A DNA stretch of 64,000 nucleotides, taken from Octopus vulgaris (Eukaryota). The position numbers were made by a program, and so were the translations under genes. The DNA is taken from assembly GCA_951406725.2 (NCBI GenBank), contig OX597823.1, forward strand, positions 25,606,001 through 25,670,000, given 5' to 3'. A model generated the notes under the pieces. That model was not told the origin of the DNA, ran no database searches, and worked only from the letters and a program-made list of their open reading frames with translations. Below, piece after piece: positions 37,528 through 51,739 of the stretch; within the stretch, counting starts at the first letter, position 1; each line of letters starts with the position of its first letter.

Positions 37528-39044
37528 ATTTTACCTTATTTGCAAGATGTAGCTATGTCTAATTTTCGCCGAGGAAAGAAAAAATAAGTTAACATTCGTT
37601 TTATTTTCGTCTCTATTTTTATTTCATTATTATTTCATCATTATTATTTCATTTATATTTCGTATTTGTTTATTTGCAATTCTTTATTCGTTATTCGTAA
37701 CTTTTTATTTGTAATTTTTACTCATATTTTTCTCTTTAAATTTTTTTCCTTTATTCCTTAAATTTTTACTCCTTAAATTTTTAATATTCAGTTTTATTTT
37801 ATTAATTTTTAATATTCAGTTATTATTTTTTTATTATTTGTATTTCTATTCATTTGTATATGTTAAGTAAGATTTGTATATTTGTATGTTTGTATATTTG
37901 TATATGTTAAGTAAGATTATATTGAAGATATAGAGGTATATAAAAGGTATATTGAAGATATGGAGGTATATAAAAAGTAGTGGTAGTGAAAAATGTTAAG
38001 GAATCCAGACCTGAAGATTGGGAGTATGTCGACCCGATTAAGTATTGAAACTAGATACCTCGTATCTAATCAATACCAACATACTTTCATGAAACATACG
38101 GGATTCAGAATATATATAGTTAGTATAAGATTTAATAATTAACATTTTATGGAGTGGTCGGGTATAAAATCTTTCAGTGTTGATTGAGTTGAAGGCAGTT
38201 CTGTTTCTAAAACTACTTTTATATATATAAATTAAACATTGAGAGATGTAAATTTTAAAAAACATTAAAATAAACGAAAAATGACCAATTTCGCAATTTA
38301 AGGGGGTTTTGTCCTAGGTGGGGATTTTGTCCGGATCCCGACAAATACATAAAAATGTTATACAATTCTTATACAAATTATTGATCAGTTGATCTTTTTT
38401 TTAATATTTAGCAAATGGATGTAAATATCGAACGAACAAAATTCACTACCGATTGCAACTTAGAGTCTACATATATTCATATAAATATATATACATATAT
38501 AAACATGTAAAAATGTGTATTATACATATGTGTGACATGTTAGAGTGATTTTTTTCTTTATTTTTTTTAATTGAGAAAAAGTAGGGATGACAAAAGATGG
38601 TTTGTCCCCTGTCCTGAAAAAGGGGAGGAGGCTTGTCCCCTGGTGTGCCCCACTGAAACAAGGCCCTTGAGTACATAATTGGTACTCAACTTATTTTATT
38701 AACCGTAGAGAGACGAAAGGAATATTTAACTGTTGTAGGATTTGATCATAGACCATAGAGGTGTGAAACACTCTAGGATAGATAGGATAAACGAAATGCT
38801 CATTTGTTTTGGTTAATAATCACAATTTATAACTTAGGCACAAGTTCACAAATTTAAGGGAAGGAACAGTCGAATAAACATATCTCCATTATTAGACATG
38901 TTTAATCTACCTGAATATGATGCAAACTCAATGTTAAAGAATTTACTTAAAAACTCATGAAGAATTTTTGCATCCAACACTTTACTAATTATACCAACCA
39001 CCGTCATCAATCTAAGTCTGAAATTTAGGGGAATTGAGTCAATC

Positions 39045-39410
39045 ATTTAGATCAACCCCAGTATTTGATTGGTTCTTTATTTTATCGACATTGAAAGGAT
39101 GAAAGTCAAAATTAACCTCGATGGGATTTGAACTCAGAACGTAAAGAGTCAGAACAAATGCCACGAAGCATTTTTTTCTCCGGCGCTCAAACAATTCTAC
39201 CAGGTCGCCGCATAATTGATAATGGTTTCAAACAATGATGCAAGGTCAGCAATTTTCAAAATAGGGGTTAGTTCCAGTACTTGATTAATATCTAATATTA
39301 TCGCCGAACATGGAAGAATTTGTACTCAGAAGGTAAAAAAGCCAGGAGAAATGCTGCTAACCATTTTTTATATATATCCAACGTGCTAACGCTTCTGCCA
39401 GCTCGCTGCT
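39045..39410 (-). mobile_element. Two degenerate SINE copies
   Basis: Reverse-complement matches to the ggcgagctggcag head and the gagttcaaat B-box. Confidence 0.7.
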
Positions 39411-40052
39411 ATAAACAACAACAACAACAACAACAATGATTTCTAAAAGAAGCACAAGATCTCGAATTTAGAGACAGCCTATAGTTGATAGTGATTAATG
39501 TTGTCAGTATAAGTTGAATTATATTTAAGAGCAACGTCAATACTGAAAATGATAGCATTCTGAATATATGAAGCGAATAACATGCAATAATGTTACAACA
39601 TAAATATAGAAGTAGGATATAATACGTAACTTCTTCTCTAATGTTTAAATAAACCTTTAAACATTTCGGTAAAAAAAAAATGTCTAGCATTGAATATTCG
39701 AATGTAGAGTAGTTGAAGGAAGAGTTGTTACTGACAACCTGAAATTAATTTTCCCTTCTTACCAATTTCTATCCCACTTCTAACTGAATTTAAAGAATTC
39801 TTTAAATATTAATGCTAAAATTGAATCATTATAATGCCAGACAAAATTGTTTACTGTCCTTCACGTTCTATGTTCAAACTTTGTTTTTTTATCCTTTCTA
39901 GAGTTACATTCCACAAGAGGATAATTGTATTGCTTGTCTTCATTCCTAGTTATAAATGTAGATTTATTTCAATATACATACATACATACATACATACATA
40001 CATACATACATACATACATACATACATACATACATACATACATACATACATA

Positions 40053-40229
40053 GCTGAAGATCGGTGAAAAAGAGAACACCCATGCTGAACTATTGAGAAA
40101 TCTGCAATTACTCTATCCAGATTACAAGTTCATGTTTATACCTGTAATTATTGGGGGCCCTGGGATATGTAACATGCTGCCTAAATACCAATCTTGAGAA
40201 ATTAGGCTTCTCAAAACCAGAAAGGAGAA
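40053..40229 (+). mobile_element. C-terminal fragment of a REL-endonuclease LINE (R4/NeSL-type)
   Basis: KENTHAELLRNLQLLYPDYKFMFIPVIIG..LEKLGFSKPERR; same family as 60540-60845. Confidence 0.7.
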
Positions 40230-40736
40230 GGTTATCTCACCCCAACTGCAATTAAAAAATTAGGGTTACATCCCCACTAAAAACTTGGATTATGGCCCAT
40301 ATATAAAAACCATCACTTTTTTTCAAGTGGGCTTAATATATGCTTATATGATTAATTTTTCTTGAGATTAATTTACATTTAGAACATGTAAAAAAACTAA
40401 TATAAATACTAGCTTCTTAATATTAAACAAACATCGCAATTTTAAAAATAAGTATTCTCTTTTTGAGAAAGCTTTTTCGAAGATAGTTCTGTCAGGAAGA
40501 GACCTTGGGCAAGTGTCTTCTAATATAGCCTCGGGCCGACCAAATCCTTGTGAGTGGATTTGGTAGACGGAAACTGAAAGAAGCCCATCGTATATATGTA
40601 TGTGTGTGTATATGTTTGTGTGCCTGTGTTTGTACTGCAAGATTGCTTGACAGCCGATGCTGGTGTGTTTACGTCCCCACAACTTAGCACATACACACTC
40701 ACACACACACATGTGAATATATGTATATATATATGC

Positions 40737-40776
<40 letters not shown>

Positions 40777-41126
40777 TCCCACTGAGAACAGGTGGGGTCA
40801 GCCAGGGTGGCACCCCAAGGTCCATGAGTTTAAGCAGCCCACAAGCCCAATGAAGAAAGGAATAAGTGGGTATACCTAAAAAGAATTTAAAAGAAACAAA
40901 AGAAATAAATGAAAGAAGCTTGTTGACGAATTCCCTAGGGAGATAAAAGAAAAAGGAAAGAAATGAAAGAAAATGAAAGTAAGAACAATGTGAACTATGA
41001 CAACATTTACAAGAACAACTTCAACAGAAACGACAAGAAAAAGAAGCAATGGTTCTGAAAGGTGTGGGTGTATACTTATACATACGTACATACATACATA
41101 CATACATACATACATACATACATACA

Positions 41127-41160
<34 letters not shown>

Positions 41161-42865
41161 CATACATACATACATATACAGACATATTTACACACACAGG
41201 TAGGCATTGGTGATTGACGAGGTTGAAAAGCTGGTCAGTATTTAATCTCCCTAGGTAATAAAATCTGGAGACAATATTCTCTCCTTACCAAAAAATAAAA
41301 AAACTTAAATCATATCACCATCCTTATAGACAGATACACACACAAATAAAAATGCATGCATGTATACAAATCTATAAATATATAGCTATATACACGTGTA
41401 AATGTATGTATGTATATGTATATATATATTTATATATATATATATATGTATTATACACACACGCACACACAATAAACATGAAAAGCGAAATGATGAAACG
41501 TATTGAATCTTATAATATTTTTATAACACAGGCACAGGAGTGGCTGTGTGGTAAGTAGCTTGCTTACCAACCACATGGTTCCGGGTTCAGTCCCACTGTG
41601 TAGCACCTTGGGCAAGTGTCTTCTAATATAGCCTCGGGCCGACCAAATCCTTGTGAGTGGATTTGGTAGACGGAAACTGAAAGAAGCCCATCGTATATAT
41701 GTATGTGTGTGTATATGTTTGTGTGCCTGTGTTTGTACTGCAAGATTGCTTGACAGCCGATGCTGGTGTGTTTACGTCCCCACAACTTAGCAGTTTGGCA
41801 AAAGAGCCCGATATTATAAGTACTAGGCTTACAAAGAATAAGTCCTGGAGTCGATTTCCTCGATTAAAGGTGGTGCTCCAGCATGGTCGCAGTCAAATGA
41901 CTGAAACAAGTAAAAGAATAACAAATCATATGAAGAAAAAGATTAAATATTTTGTTGAATGCCTATTAAGGATGCCAAAAGTTAACAATGTGTTGAAGTA
42001 GTGAATCAAAAGGATCTAACTCTTCTAATCCGATCTTTTGTGCCACATAAACTCGCACATATATGAGTCCAGTAGACCTCTGTGAATGCAATTTTGTCTT
42101 TTATTTTTTTCTTTAGCACTCTTCCAAAGTCTTTCAATATTTTAGGTGTGAGCCCCATTATTTGGATTGACAAAGTGTAGAGAATGATTCACATTGAGAT
42201 GTTGAAAATGACCAATATTAATTATATTTTTATATGCTGAACATTCATCACTGATCTTGGTAGTACCTGGTCTTATATTATCTTCTGTTATTGGAAGAAG
42301 TGTTATATTATCTTCTGTCATTGGAAGACCTGCCGGGGTCAATAAACATGAAACACTCTTTTGTTTCTCTACAAATACCTCCAAATACCCATTGTTCAGG
42401 TAGTTGGCGTCCAACGCAATTTTTTGTTGGGTCCTCCTATCACTCTTGGGTTTGCCAAAATGTGTGCAGCACAAACTTCTCTCAAATAGTTATTCCAGTC
42501 AACAATGCAATTGGCTTTCATTTCAAGCTCACGTTCACAAAATTTGATACTTGTCATGTCTTACAAATGGACTCTTCCCAAATGAACTATCTTCGAAAAA
42601 GCTTTCTCAAAAAGAGAATATTTATTAAGATCTAATTCTACAACACATTTCAAAACTTGCGATGTTTGTTTTATATTATGAAGATAGTATTTATATTAGT
42701 TCTTAAAATGTCCTAAGTGTAAATTAATCTCAAGAAAAACTAATAAGACATATATAAAGCACACTTGAAAAAAGTGATGGTTTTATATATGGGAGATAAC
42801 CCTAGTTTTTAGTGGGGATATAACCCCATTTTTAATGGCAATTTTTTGAAGGGGGTCAGATAACC
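40230..42865 (-). mobile_element. Merlin (IS1595/ISXO2-like) DNA transposon with about 260-bp TIRs
   Basis: TIRs 40230-40490 and about 42584-42865 (ggttatct...agataacc); transposase remnant NIRPGTTKISDECSAY..HLNVNHSLHFVNPNNGAHT*NIERLWK at 42040-42330. Confidence 0.85.
41530..41920 (+). mobile_element. Full-length tRNA-derived SINE nested in Merlin
   Basis: ggcacaggagtggctgtgtggtaag head, ccgggttcagtccc B-box, ccttgggcaagtg core, gactgaaacaagtaaaaga tail. Confidence 0.9.
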
Positions 42866-42939
42866 AAAAAGTATACTGGTTCTTTCTCTATTGGCAAGAA
42901 ATCTTGAAATAACCTGGATAATGACATACATACATACTG

Positions 42940-43530
42940 TATGCAAAGAATATGCACGAGATGAAAAAGAGCCTTGACCTAATTGCAACATTCTCAAAGG
43001 ATATAGGGTTAGAATTTGGACAAGAGAAATGTTGTTATATGGTTGTGAAAAGTGGGGAAAAACTGTAAACCAAATTAGCAACATTCCCATCAATGACTAT
43101 ATAGAGGAGGAATTTTACAGGTATCTAGGAGTAGATGAAAAAATATCTTTAGTGTATCACTAAAGAATATTACAGCCAAATAAAGAAAAGTTGAACCTCA
43201 TAAGACTCTACAGCCAATAAAGCAGTGGCCCACAATTTATACGCAGTGCAAGTACTCATAGCAACATTTGGTCTGCTTGATTAGGTGCTTGATGAGATAG
43301 GAGCTATTGATGTGAAAACGGGAAAAATCTTAACAAACACATAATTTTTACATAAACAGTGACATAGACTGCCTCTACCTAAAATGAAAACAAGGCTGCA
43401 GAGGCTTAACATCGATCCAAAATATCGTATCATATTCCTTCAGCAATATCTTTTAACCACCAAGTCTCGAAGTGCATCCTTTGACCAAGTCTGCCTACGT
43501 GAGGCTGATAATATCATAAGACTGGGAAGG
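42940..43530 (+). mobile_element. REL-type LINE RT/thumb fragment
   Basis: FSKDIGLEFGQEKC, YRYLGV, IDVKTGKILT, SDIDCLYLK..QGCRGL. Confidence 0.75.
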
Positions 43531-43719
43531 AATTTTTTTATACGTCATTCTATCTTATAAATATTTCCCATAGCAGAATAGCATATCTAGACTGAAAATG
43601 AAAAGCTAAAATTTACAAGTCCTTACTGAACAAATGTTCAAAGTAACATTAATATTGTTGCAGAGCCTACAACAATAATTTTTTCATTATTATTGTAACT
43701 ATTATTTTCTAATAATTTG

Positions 43720-43762
<43 letters not shown>

Positions 43763-43949
43763 GGCCATGCTGAAGCACCACCTTGAAAGATTTTAACCAA
43801 ACAAATGGACCCGAGGACTTATTTCTTTTAAGTCTAGTACTTATTCTATCATTGTTGTTTGCTGAACTGCCAAGTTATTGGGATGTAAACACGCCAACAC
43901 TGGTTGTCAAGCGGTGATGGGGAGACAAACTCAGACACACACAAACATC

Positions 43950-43989
<40 letters not shown>

Positions 43990-46089
43990 ATATGATGTAT
44001 ATTCAGTTTCAGTCTACTGAATCCACTCACAAAGCAGCCCAAGGTAGTAGAAGATACTGGAACCATGTGAAATAAAAAACACCAGAAAGCTATTCAATAA
44101 TACAGGGAAACAACAGACTCAGTTCACTGGACACCATATGAGAAAAAAAAGTTTTGAGCACTTGGTGATGATTTGGAAACTGAAAGAAATAAATCAGAGA
44201 AGCCAAAAGGACTTGAAAGCCTGGCCCAATAATGTGCTAGAAAGACTACCGCAATAATATACTGTGTGTTAGACATAGGTGGCAAAGAAGTCCAAGACTG
44301 TTAGAAGAAAGAGATTTAACCAAGTGTTTCTGGAAGGGACTTAAGGAATGAGTTTCGGCAATGCCTAATCAATTCTTAAAAGCATGGTTTCCACAAGTGT
44401 GAAAATATTTAACATAATGAAAAAATGATCATGAAGATATATAAGTATTTAAAGTGAAATAGAAATGAAACATTTGTAAAATGTAGAATTTTCATAGCTG
44501 CTGCATCACATCAGATATATGGATATAGTAATATAATAACATAACATTGTAATAATTTAACATATAGCATAATAACAACATAATAATCACATAATAATAT
44601 AACAGCATAACGTATAGTAAAAACAGAGCAACTTATTAACAAAATTATAACAATATAAGATAATAATATAGTATAGTTGCTGTATAATTAGTACTTACAA
44701 ATTAAACTCTACAGTTTATATTTAGCTCATTGGTTTCTGTGTACTTCTGATTGAATCTTGAAAGTTAGACAGGAGAGGAATAATCAACAGATAGTGCCTT
44801 ACTATCTTTATTGTTAGCTCCAAGTTGTCCCTGATCTGGCAGACAGACCTATGATTCCATAAATGTCCTTAACAGTGGTAAATGATATATTGTTAAATAC
44901 AGTGGGGGAGTTTGCAACAGGAATGAATGCTCTTCAAGTTCACAAATCTGAAGATATCAATGAGATAGTAATTGTTCTCTGCTTCTAGGTTTTTACTTAT
45001 TAAAAACTGCTATCTCACAAATGTTCTCTTCCTAGGTATTCTAACACTACAATTCTTGATCACTTCTTTCTGAAAGATAAACCGTAAGTCATTAATTTAT
45101 TGACAGAGATAAAATTCATTGAAAATGCTATGCATAGTTAATGTATTATGTATTAGCAGTAGATGTTGATTCAGAAAATTGTGGAAAGCAAGCAACCAGG
45201 TAGACTAATTAAAACAGAACCTGTTGCATTTATTGCTTATGTAATTTCAATGGTTTTCAATTTCCCCCAATTTTCTGAATGACACTATGCACTGAATAAA
45301 ATATATCGCAGCTATGAAATAAATATGTATGTAAATGTATTTTACCTGACACAGCTGGCCATTTATTGTAGATGGCAACTTTTATTGTAATTACCAGTTA
45401 GTTTTGTTTAATCAACTGTAAATAATTTTTAGTAACTGATCATGCAAGGGGCAATATTCACCAACCCACGTAATTTCTTCTACAAAATGTGCAATTATTC
45501 CTAAACATGCAAACACATTGTGATACCTATTTCAACAGCCCAGAATAATGCAATACACCTATGGCCAAACTACATAATCCTATAAATACTATCTCCCCTT
45601 ACTCAGTCCAGGTTAAAAAAATATGCACAGACATCTCAGAAGTAATTAGGCACCACACATTATAAAATTTTAACAGTGTGGATGTTACTCATATGTACAA
45701 TGCCCAAACTACTCATATAATATTAAAAAAACTGCACAAATCATGTCTACCAAATACTAGATTAAGTATTTAAAAGCATCAAATGACACTAGTTTGCTTT
45801 GAAAAATAAATCTTTTAAACATGATAGTGTCTATTTACTTTAGAAATGTCTATGTATATACAAAACTATGAGAAAGTAACACATTAATAGATTTACAATC
45901 TACCAACTAAAAATATCGACCATCTCACATCAGAATTTAAACAACACTGTATACTATAAGTCTTGAAAACTTACAGTTTATTTTAACTTAAACTCTTTAT
46001 AGCAAAAAGGATTTGAACCTTTTCTTTCAAGATCTGTGTATATACAGATGTTTGTGTACATACAGTGAGAAACAGCAACTATCATACTC

Positions 46090-46520
46090 TGACCAAGCCT
46101 GTAGTGCTCACCTCAACTGCAGGAATACTCAGAATCTTCCACCTTCATGTCACCTTTTGTATGGGTGGAATTTTGCCTTGTCTGTGGCTTGCAACAAGTT
46201 GTTCTATAAGAACTTCCAGTTTTCCTCTATGTCTCCATCTCATCCTCAATTTTTGCGAAATGTTCCAACTATTGTTTCTCTGAATTTTTGCCTATTCAAC
46301 AGTTCTTCAGTTTTGTATATCTTTCTTCTCCAACCTGTTTTCTGTCTCTGAGTTGACACAGCTCTTACTCTGAAGTCACTAGTTACTAAGCCATCTCCAG
46401 AGAAAGACTTAGCATTCACAACTATTAGACTCTTCCATTTCCCCATGAGTATGAAATCTTGTGTGTTCACCTGATTGTAGAAAATCAAATGATTTTGGTT
46501 GGTTTGTAAGTTGCAAATTA
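46090..46520 (-). mobile_element. RTE-like LINE fragment (end of the APE domain)
   Basis: QDFILMGKWKSLIVVNAKSFSGDGLVTSDFRV resembles the APE C-terminal SDH motif. Confidence 0.5.
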
Positions 46521-47844
46521 TCAAATCATTAAAGATGGATTTATTATACACAAATGTGTAATGTCATCCTCCTCCAAGGTAAAAACGTCATGCTCAAATG
46601 CACTATACCCAGCAATTTTCTCTTTTTATATTTTGTGCATGCGAGTGTGATAATGTTTACGTACAGCATTTTTCTTTCCACACTTAACTTTTAAATTTAT
46701 GATATTAAAAAAATTTAATGTGAAAAAGCTTCTAATTAAGCCAGTGTAACATGTTTTAAATTGAATGAATGAATTAAACAAAGTGATTATAATAATGATT
46801 TTCACTATTGATACAAGTGAAACAATAACAGATCTCCATTACCAGGCATGACTATATGGTAAAAAAGATTGCTTCATTCTCAAGTAGTTTCAGGTTCAAT
46901 TCCACTGCACAGAACTTTTGGTAAATTTTAGCCTCAATGCTTTGTGAGTGTAATTTGGTCAATTAGACATCTCATCAAGCTCACCATGTGTGTATACATG
47001 TATCTTTGTATATTTGTGTTTGTGTGAGTATTTGTTACAGCACCAGTTATCAGAACCAGAGTTGTATAAAAAAGAGTGTAACTTAGTGAATGATTCAACA
47101 AATCTATATCAGTGTCATACCTCAGACTAAAATAAGTACCTATGTCCATGATATCCACTAAAATCCTTCCAATTGGTACCTCAGCCTGGTCACAATCTAA
47201 TTACTGAAGCCAGTAAAAGAATAAAATAATATCCTGTAACTATACCAACTTAAGAGAATGATTTAAAGAGTATACACCGATATTAACTTTACTAACTCAG
47301 AAGGAATACTTTCTCCTTAGCCAATATTTCTTCCAACAAAATAGTAGGGAAATATCTGAAAAGTATCCAATCAAAAAACACAAAAGCAACATTGGAAAAC
47401 CAACATGTGGGAAATTGTATTTCACATAATGACAAAACACAAAACCATTCAAGTTCAATGATATGATTGTACAAACATGTTTGGGATGACAAACACTGAT
47501 CCTAGACAGAATAACCATACTAAAAACCTAGTATGATGTATCAATTCAGCTTTATAACATCTTATTTAGAGGTTTACTCCTATGCAAACCAGAAGCAAGA
47601 AATTTCTACCACATGTCTGCTCAAAAGGTAGAAAGCAGCATCTGACAACAAAACTAAGCCATACAAAAACAAAACTGAAGATATTAGTGACAATATTGCT
47701 GACTGCAGAGAATTTCTTTGAGATATCATTTCATAAGATATGATGTGGTAGACAGCAACTTTTAGTATATCAAAAAAAAAAAACAGCCAAACATATTGAA
47801 ACAGATGACTCAAAAGAACATTGGTGGAACAGAAAAATAATATT

Positions 47845-48080
47845 TACATTATTTACACCGTTTTCATTATTTATATTTGACGAATATTTGTCCTCACTTT
47901 GTTTGTTAACACAATGTTTTGGCTAATATACACCCTCCAGCCTTCACCAGGTGTCCTGATGAAGGCCTGAGGGTATATCAGCTGAAATGTTGTGTTAACC
48001 ACAAACAAGATGAGAACAAAAATCTGTCACATGTAAATAATGTACATAACTGCTCATCTCTTAAATATAGAACTGTATTA
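47845..48080. mobile_element. Palindromic PLE-derived element with a hammerhead core
   Basis: Inverted arms centred near 47953; plus arm CTGATGA (47956-47962), stem, GAAA (47984-47987), tgttgtgtt. Confidence 0.7.
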
Positions 48081-48479
48081 GAAAAATAATATAAACAACT
48101 AAATTAAAACACAACTTACCTGGTGTTGTATATGATAATAAAATAGAAACATGCTATTGTGGAAATCATTTCCCAACATGTGTTAATGTGCTAAAAATAA
48201 AAGACCTGCACACCAAATACACTTTCAAGTAATAGCAAAGTTGGACATTTTACTGTAGGTTTTAATCATGAATAGCAATGACGTATTCCAGGGAAAGGAG
48301 ACCAAATATTCAGAATTAGAATTCCATTAAGAGTCTAGGGCAATATTTGTGATTTTGAAAGATTTTACAAGATTCATGTATTCTCAAAGTGTTGACATTC
48401 GGATATGGGCTGTACCCATCATCATTATCATTTTTTAACATCCATTTCCCATTCTGCCTTGGGGGCAATTTTTTGTAGT

Positions 48480-49400
48480 TCTGACACTTTGCAATTTCCT
48501 GGTATTTAACCATATTATTTGAGAATACTATCTGGTAACATACCTAAAGCTCCATTTATCACAGATACACTTGTCATTCTTAGATGCCACATTTTTGAAA
48601 TCTCTATTTCAAGGTTCTTGTATTTAGCTAACTTTTCAAATTATTTTCACACATGTGTTGTAGTCTGCTGAGTTTGATGTATCTCTGAGCATAAATTCTG
48701 TCAATGTGATTTTTCACCACAATATCTGTTCTATTGGCCAGAATAGCTTGATCTGTTTGAATACCAAAATCCCAGAGAATAGTGACAATGTCTACTTCTA
48801 CTATTTTGGTAAACTTATATTCCCACCAGTTCTTCTCATATGGGAGTCCAAATTGGTGATAAATAGTCCAGTGCAAATACTAACCAAGTCTATTATGGTG
48901 ATTAGTATACTCAGTTGTGGCTAACATAAGACAACCAGAGATTAGATGATCAGTTATTTGTCTGTTCATACCCCAGAGGTGGTAGGAAGGATCAGCACTC
49001 TTTTCACAAATCTTGGTTTGGTAATTTCTAGTTGACAGATCTTGAGTTGCTATGATGAAGCCCTCTTTTTCTGATTTACATTCAGATGCAGACAGACACT
49101 AATGGGTAATATTTATATCAATATCAGAATCACTAACCCTTGTAGAGTATTTACCATGTAGTACCTTCATTTTCCATCTATTATGCAACTCCAAAATATC
49201 ATTTGATTTATATATTTCTTTGTGTCTTCTGATATTGTGTGTATTTTCTTCGTACTTTCATGCTTGCAGATTAGTTAAAGCATTCACTCACTAGTGTCTT
49301 TTAGATAAATGTCTAACTCATGGTTGCTGTCTTTGACACAATTGCAGTCCACATCCTCTATCTTTTCAAGGGATATATACTTTGTCTTCATCTACCTTTG
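48480..49400 (-). mobile_element. REL-type (R4/NeSL-like) LINE 3' portion
   Basis: TILWDFGIQTDQAILANRTDIVV (PD-like REL motif), upstream EGFIIATQDLS and a CCHC-like region. Confidence 0.8.
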
Positions 49401-50187
49401 GGTGATGTGTGTAAAGCATTGCAAGAAAATTGCATATATTTGTGATAATCTTCATCATCATTGTTATCATCGTTATCATTGCTGTACTCTAGAAGACCCA
49501 CCCACCACAACAGAATTGAGATTCTAAAACCAAAGTGCCACATAAAAGCACTAGTGTGAGTGCTAGTGCCACATAGATAGCACTGGTGTTGGTGCCACAT
49601 AAAAAGCGTGGGTGATGGTATCACATACAAAGCACCCAGTACACTCTGTAAAGTGGTTGGCATTAGGAAGGGTATCCAACCATAGAAATCAAACTAAAAC
49701 AGACTATGGAACCTGGTATGACCTCTAGCCTTGCCAGTTCCTGTCAAGCAGTCCAACCCATGCCTGTGTGAAAAACAGATATTAAATATTGACGATGATG
49801 ATATACACACACATGAAGATGATACATGCATGCATGCATGGACACACACACGCACATACCTACATACATACAACAAAAATATGAATGGATAAAATCATAT
49901 CTTTAATTTGTGGCTCCACCATACGATGCCAACAATCATTTCTGGTGTAACATCATATTTAGATACAGAAAATATCAGTCAAATTAATATATCCAAAATA
50001 CATGTTAATACATTATCAAGGCAATCCAAAATTGGTTAAATTGAAAGCAAACTAAAAAAATATCTTTAGTAGACAAAGGCATACAAAAAGAACATTTTCC
50101 ACAATTGTATCACTTTGTACTCTTTTAACACTGAGTGCTTTACTGATATCTGCCTTGATGTTTTTTAATCTCTTTTTCTTCTTACAC

Positions 50188-50224
<37 letters not shown>

Positions 50225-51739
50225 CATTCATACACAAGCAATATCCATTTTATGCACAACACATTAGAACTGAAATGATTTTGATTATTAGAAAGCCTTA
50301 CAATGGGCAGTAATAAGAGTATAAATACATTCATTGTATTAATCTGATGAATAGAAATGTTTATTGGCTGCTCTCAGAAAAAAATATATCTGACTTCCTT
50401 AGGCACAGAAAATTATATCAGTCAAATACCAAAATATTAGCCACTTTCTGAATCTTAATTCAAAATTCATACATTAAATTCACATGTATAATGAATTGGA
50501 AATTATTTTACTTTTTGTATTTAATAATTTATTATCTGTAGTTTTAGTCCGGGTGTGTAGTTTTTACGTTGCCCATCTGAATTGATATAATGTGAATGAT
50601 TATGACTTTATGACCTAATTTCAAATTTAGATTGTTCATTCTTGATTTCTTTCATCAATTAAGGATTAGTTAATGTTTGTTCTTAAGTTGCACTATCTTT
50701 GAAAATTCATTTCATCATTGTCATCATCATCATCATCATCATCATTTAATATCTGTCGGCATGGTTGGATGATTCAACAGGCTCCAAGAAGCCAGAGGAC
50801 AACATGTATTTTGGTTTCTTATATAGTTTCAGTAATCAGTTTTCTAGTTTTATCTGGAACGGGGGTGGATTGATTCTATATGAAACGGTTGTATTTGCCA
50901 ATTAACATATTTTTATTTAGTTTTTGTTTCTTTGAAGCACAATATGTTACAGATGCACATTTAAAAGATCAATATAAAATATGTCATGAAATTTAAAGCT
51001 ATTGTTTGTATACATATTTGAAGTTTATTCTTCAGCTGATAGAATAATTCAGTTGTTAAGGAGTTTTTTTTCAATAAATGTTTTAATGTGATATATTATT
51101 AGTGTTAGTTATGAATAGATTTAATGTATGATATGTTCAAATTTATGATGAAACTAAGCATCAGTTGAATCAAATTAATTTGTTTGGAAAGGCTTACAAA
51201 AGTGATAGATCTCTCTCATTCTCAAATTAATTATAAACTAGTTAACTTGTCTATAGATCCTTAACCAAATTTCCAAGAAATTATGTCATCTTTAAAAAAA
51301 ATGAAGAACACATTGTATAATGCTAGATATATTATATCTGGGATAAAGACAAGAGGATGTGCTTCGAGGTCTTTTAACCAGAGGTCTACTGGTCAGAGAA
51401 GATCTAAAAAGATATAATAACAATAAAAAGTGAAGAGCTATGATGAAATGAAGTGGGAAATACACAGGTCATGGGCAATAAAGAAAGTGAACATGCCACC
51501 AATAGTAATTGGTACACTTGGAAGTATCAGTACCCAACCACCAACATGACTCAAAAAGATTGGAAGACTTCTAAAGATAGAAGACTTACAAAAATCATCA
51601 TTACTTGGAACCACAAGATATACTCTATAGGCTTCTTGGAGCATGATCAGTAAATAGGTGTCACTTTAGTCTGCTGGCTGTGGACAGCTGACACTTTCCA
51701 TCTGTTGTGACAAGAATTTGTATGTATGTCACTTTAGTG

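Larger units (their letters stand above)
30394..38195. repeat. Inverted repeat pair (30394-30567 and 38044-38195) bracketing the two LINEs
   Basis: ccttcaactcaatcaacact...gattagatacgaggtatctag versus ctagatacctcgtatctaatc...agtgttgattgagttgaagg; 150-170 bp, high identity, one indel. Confidence 0.85.
44893..48205 (-). pseudogene. Possible decayed terminal exons of copy B (48120-48205 and 44893-45069)
   Basis: 48120-48205 has AG and CAG|GTAAGT borders but stops in all frames. 45069 follows a tatctttcag acceptor and one frame ends ELEEHSFLLQTPHCI*, resembling an acidic-dileucine tail, but that frame has 5 internal stops. Confidence 0.25.

Noticed and set aside
42040-42474. Bacterial IS1595 contamination or horizontal transfer
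   Set aside because: Decayed, AT-rich and carrying nested host SINEs; explained as a eukaryotic Merlin element.
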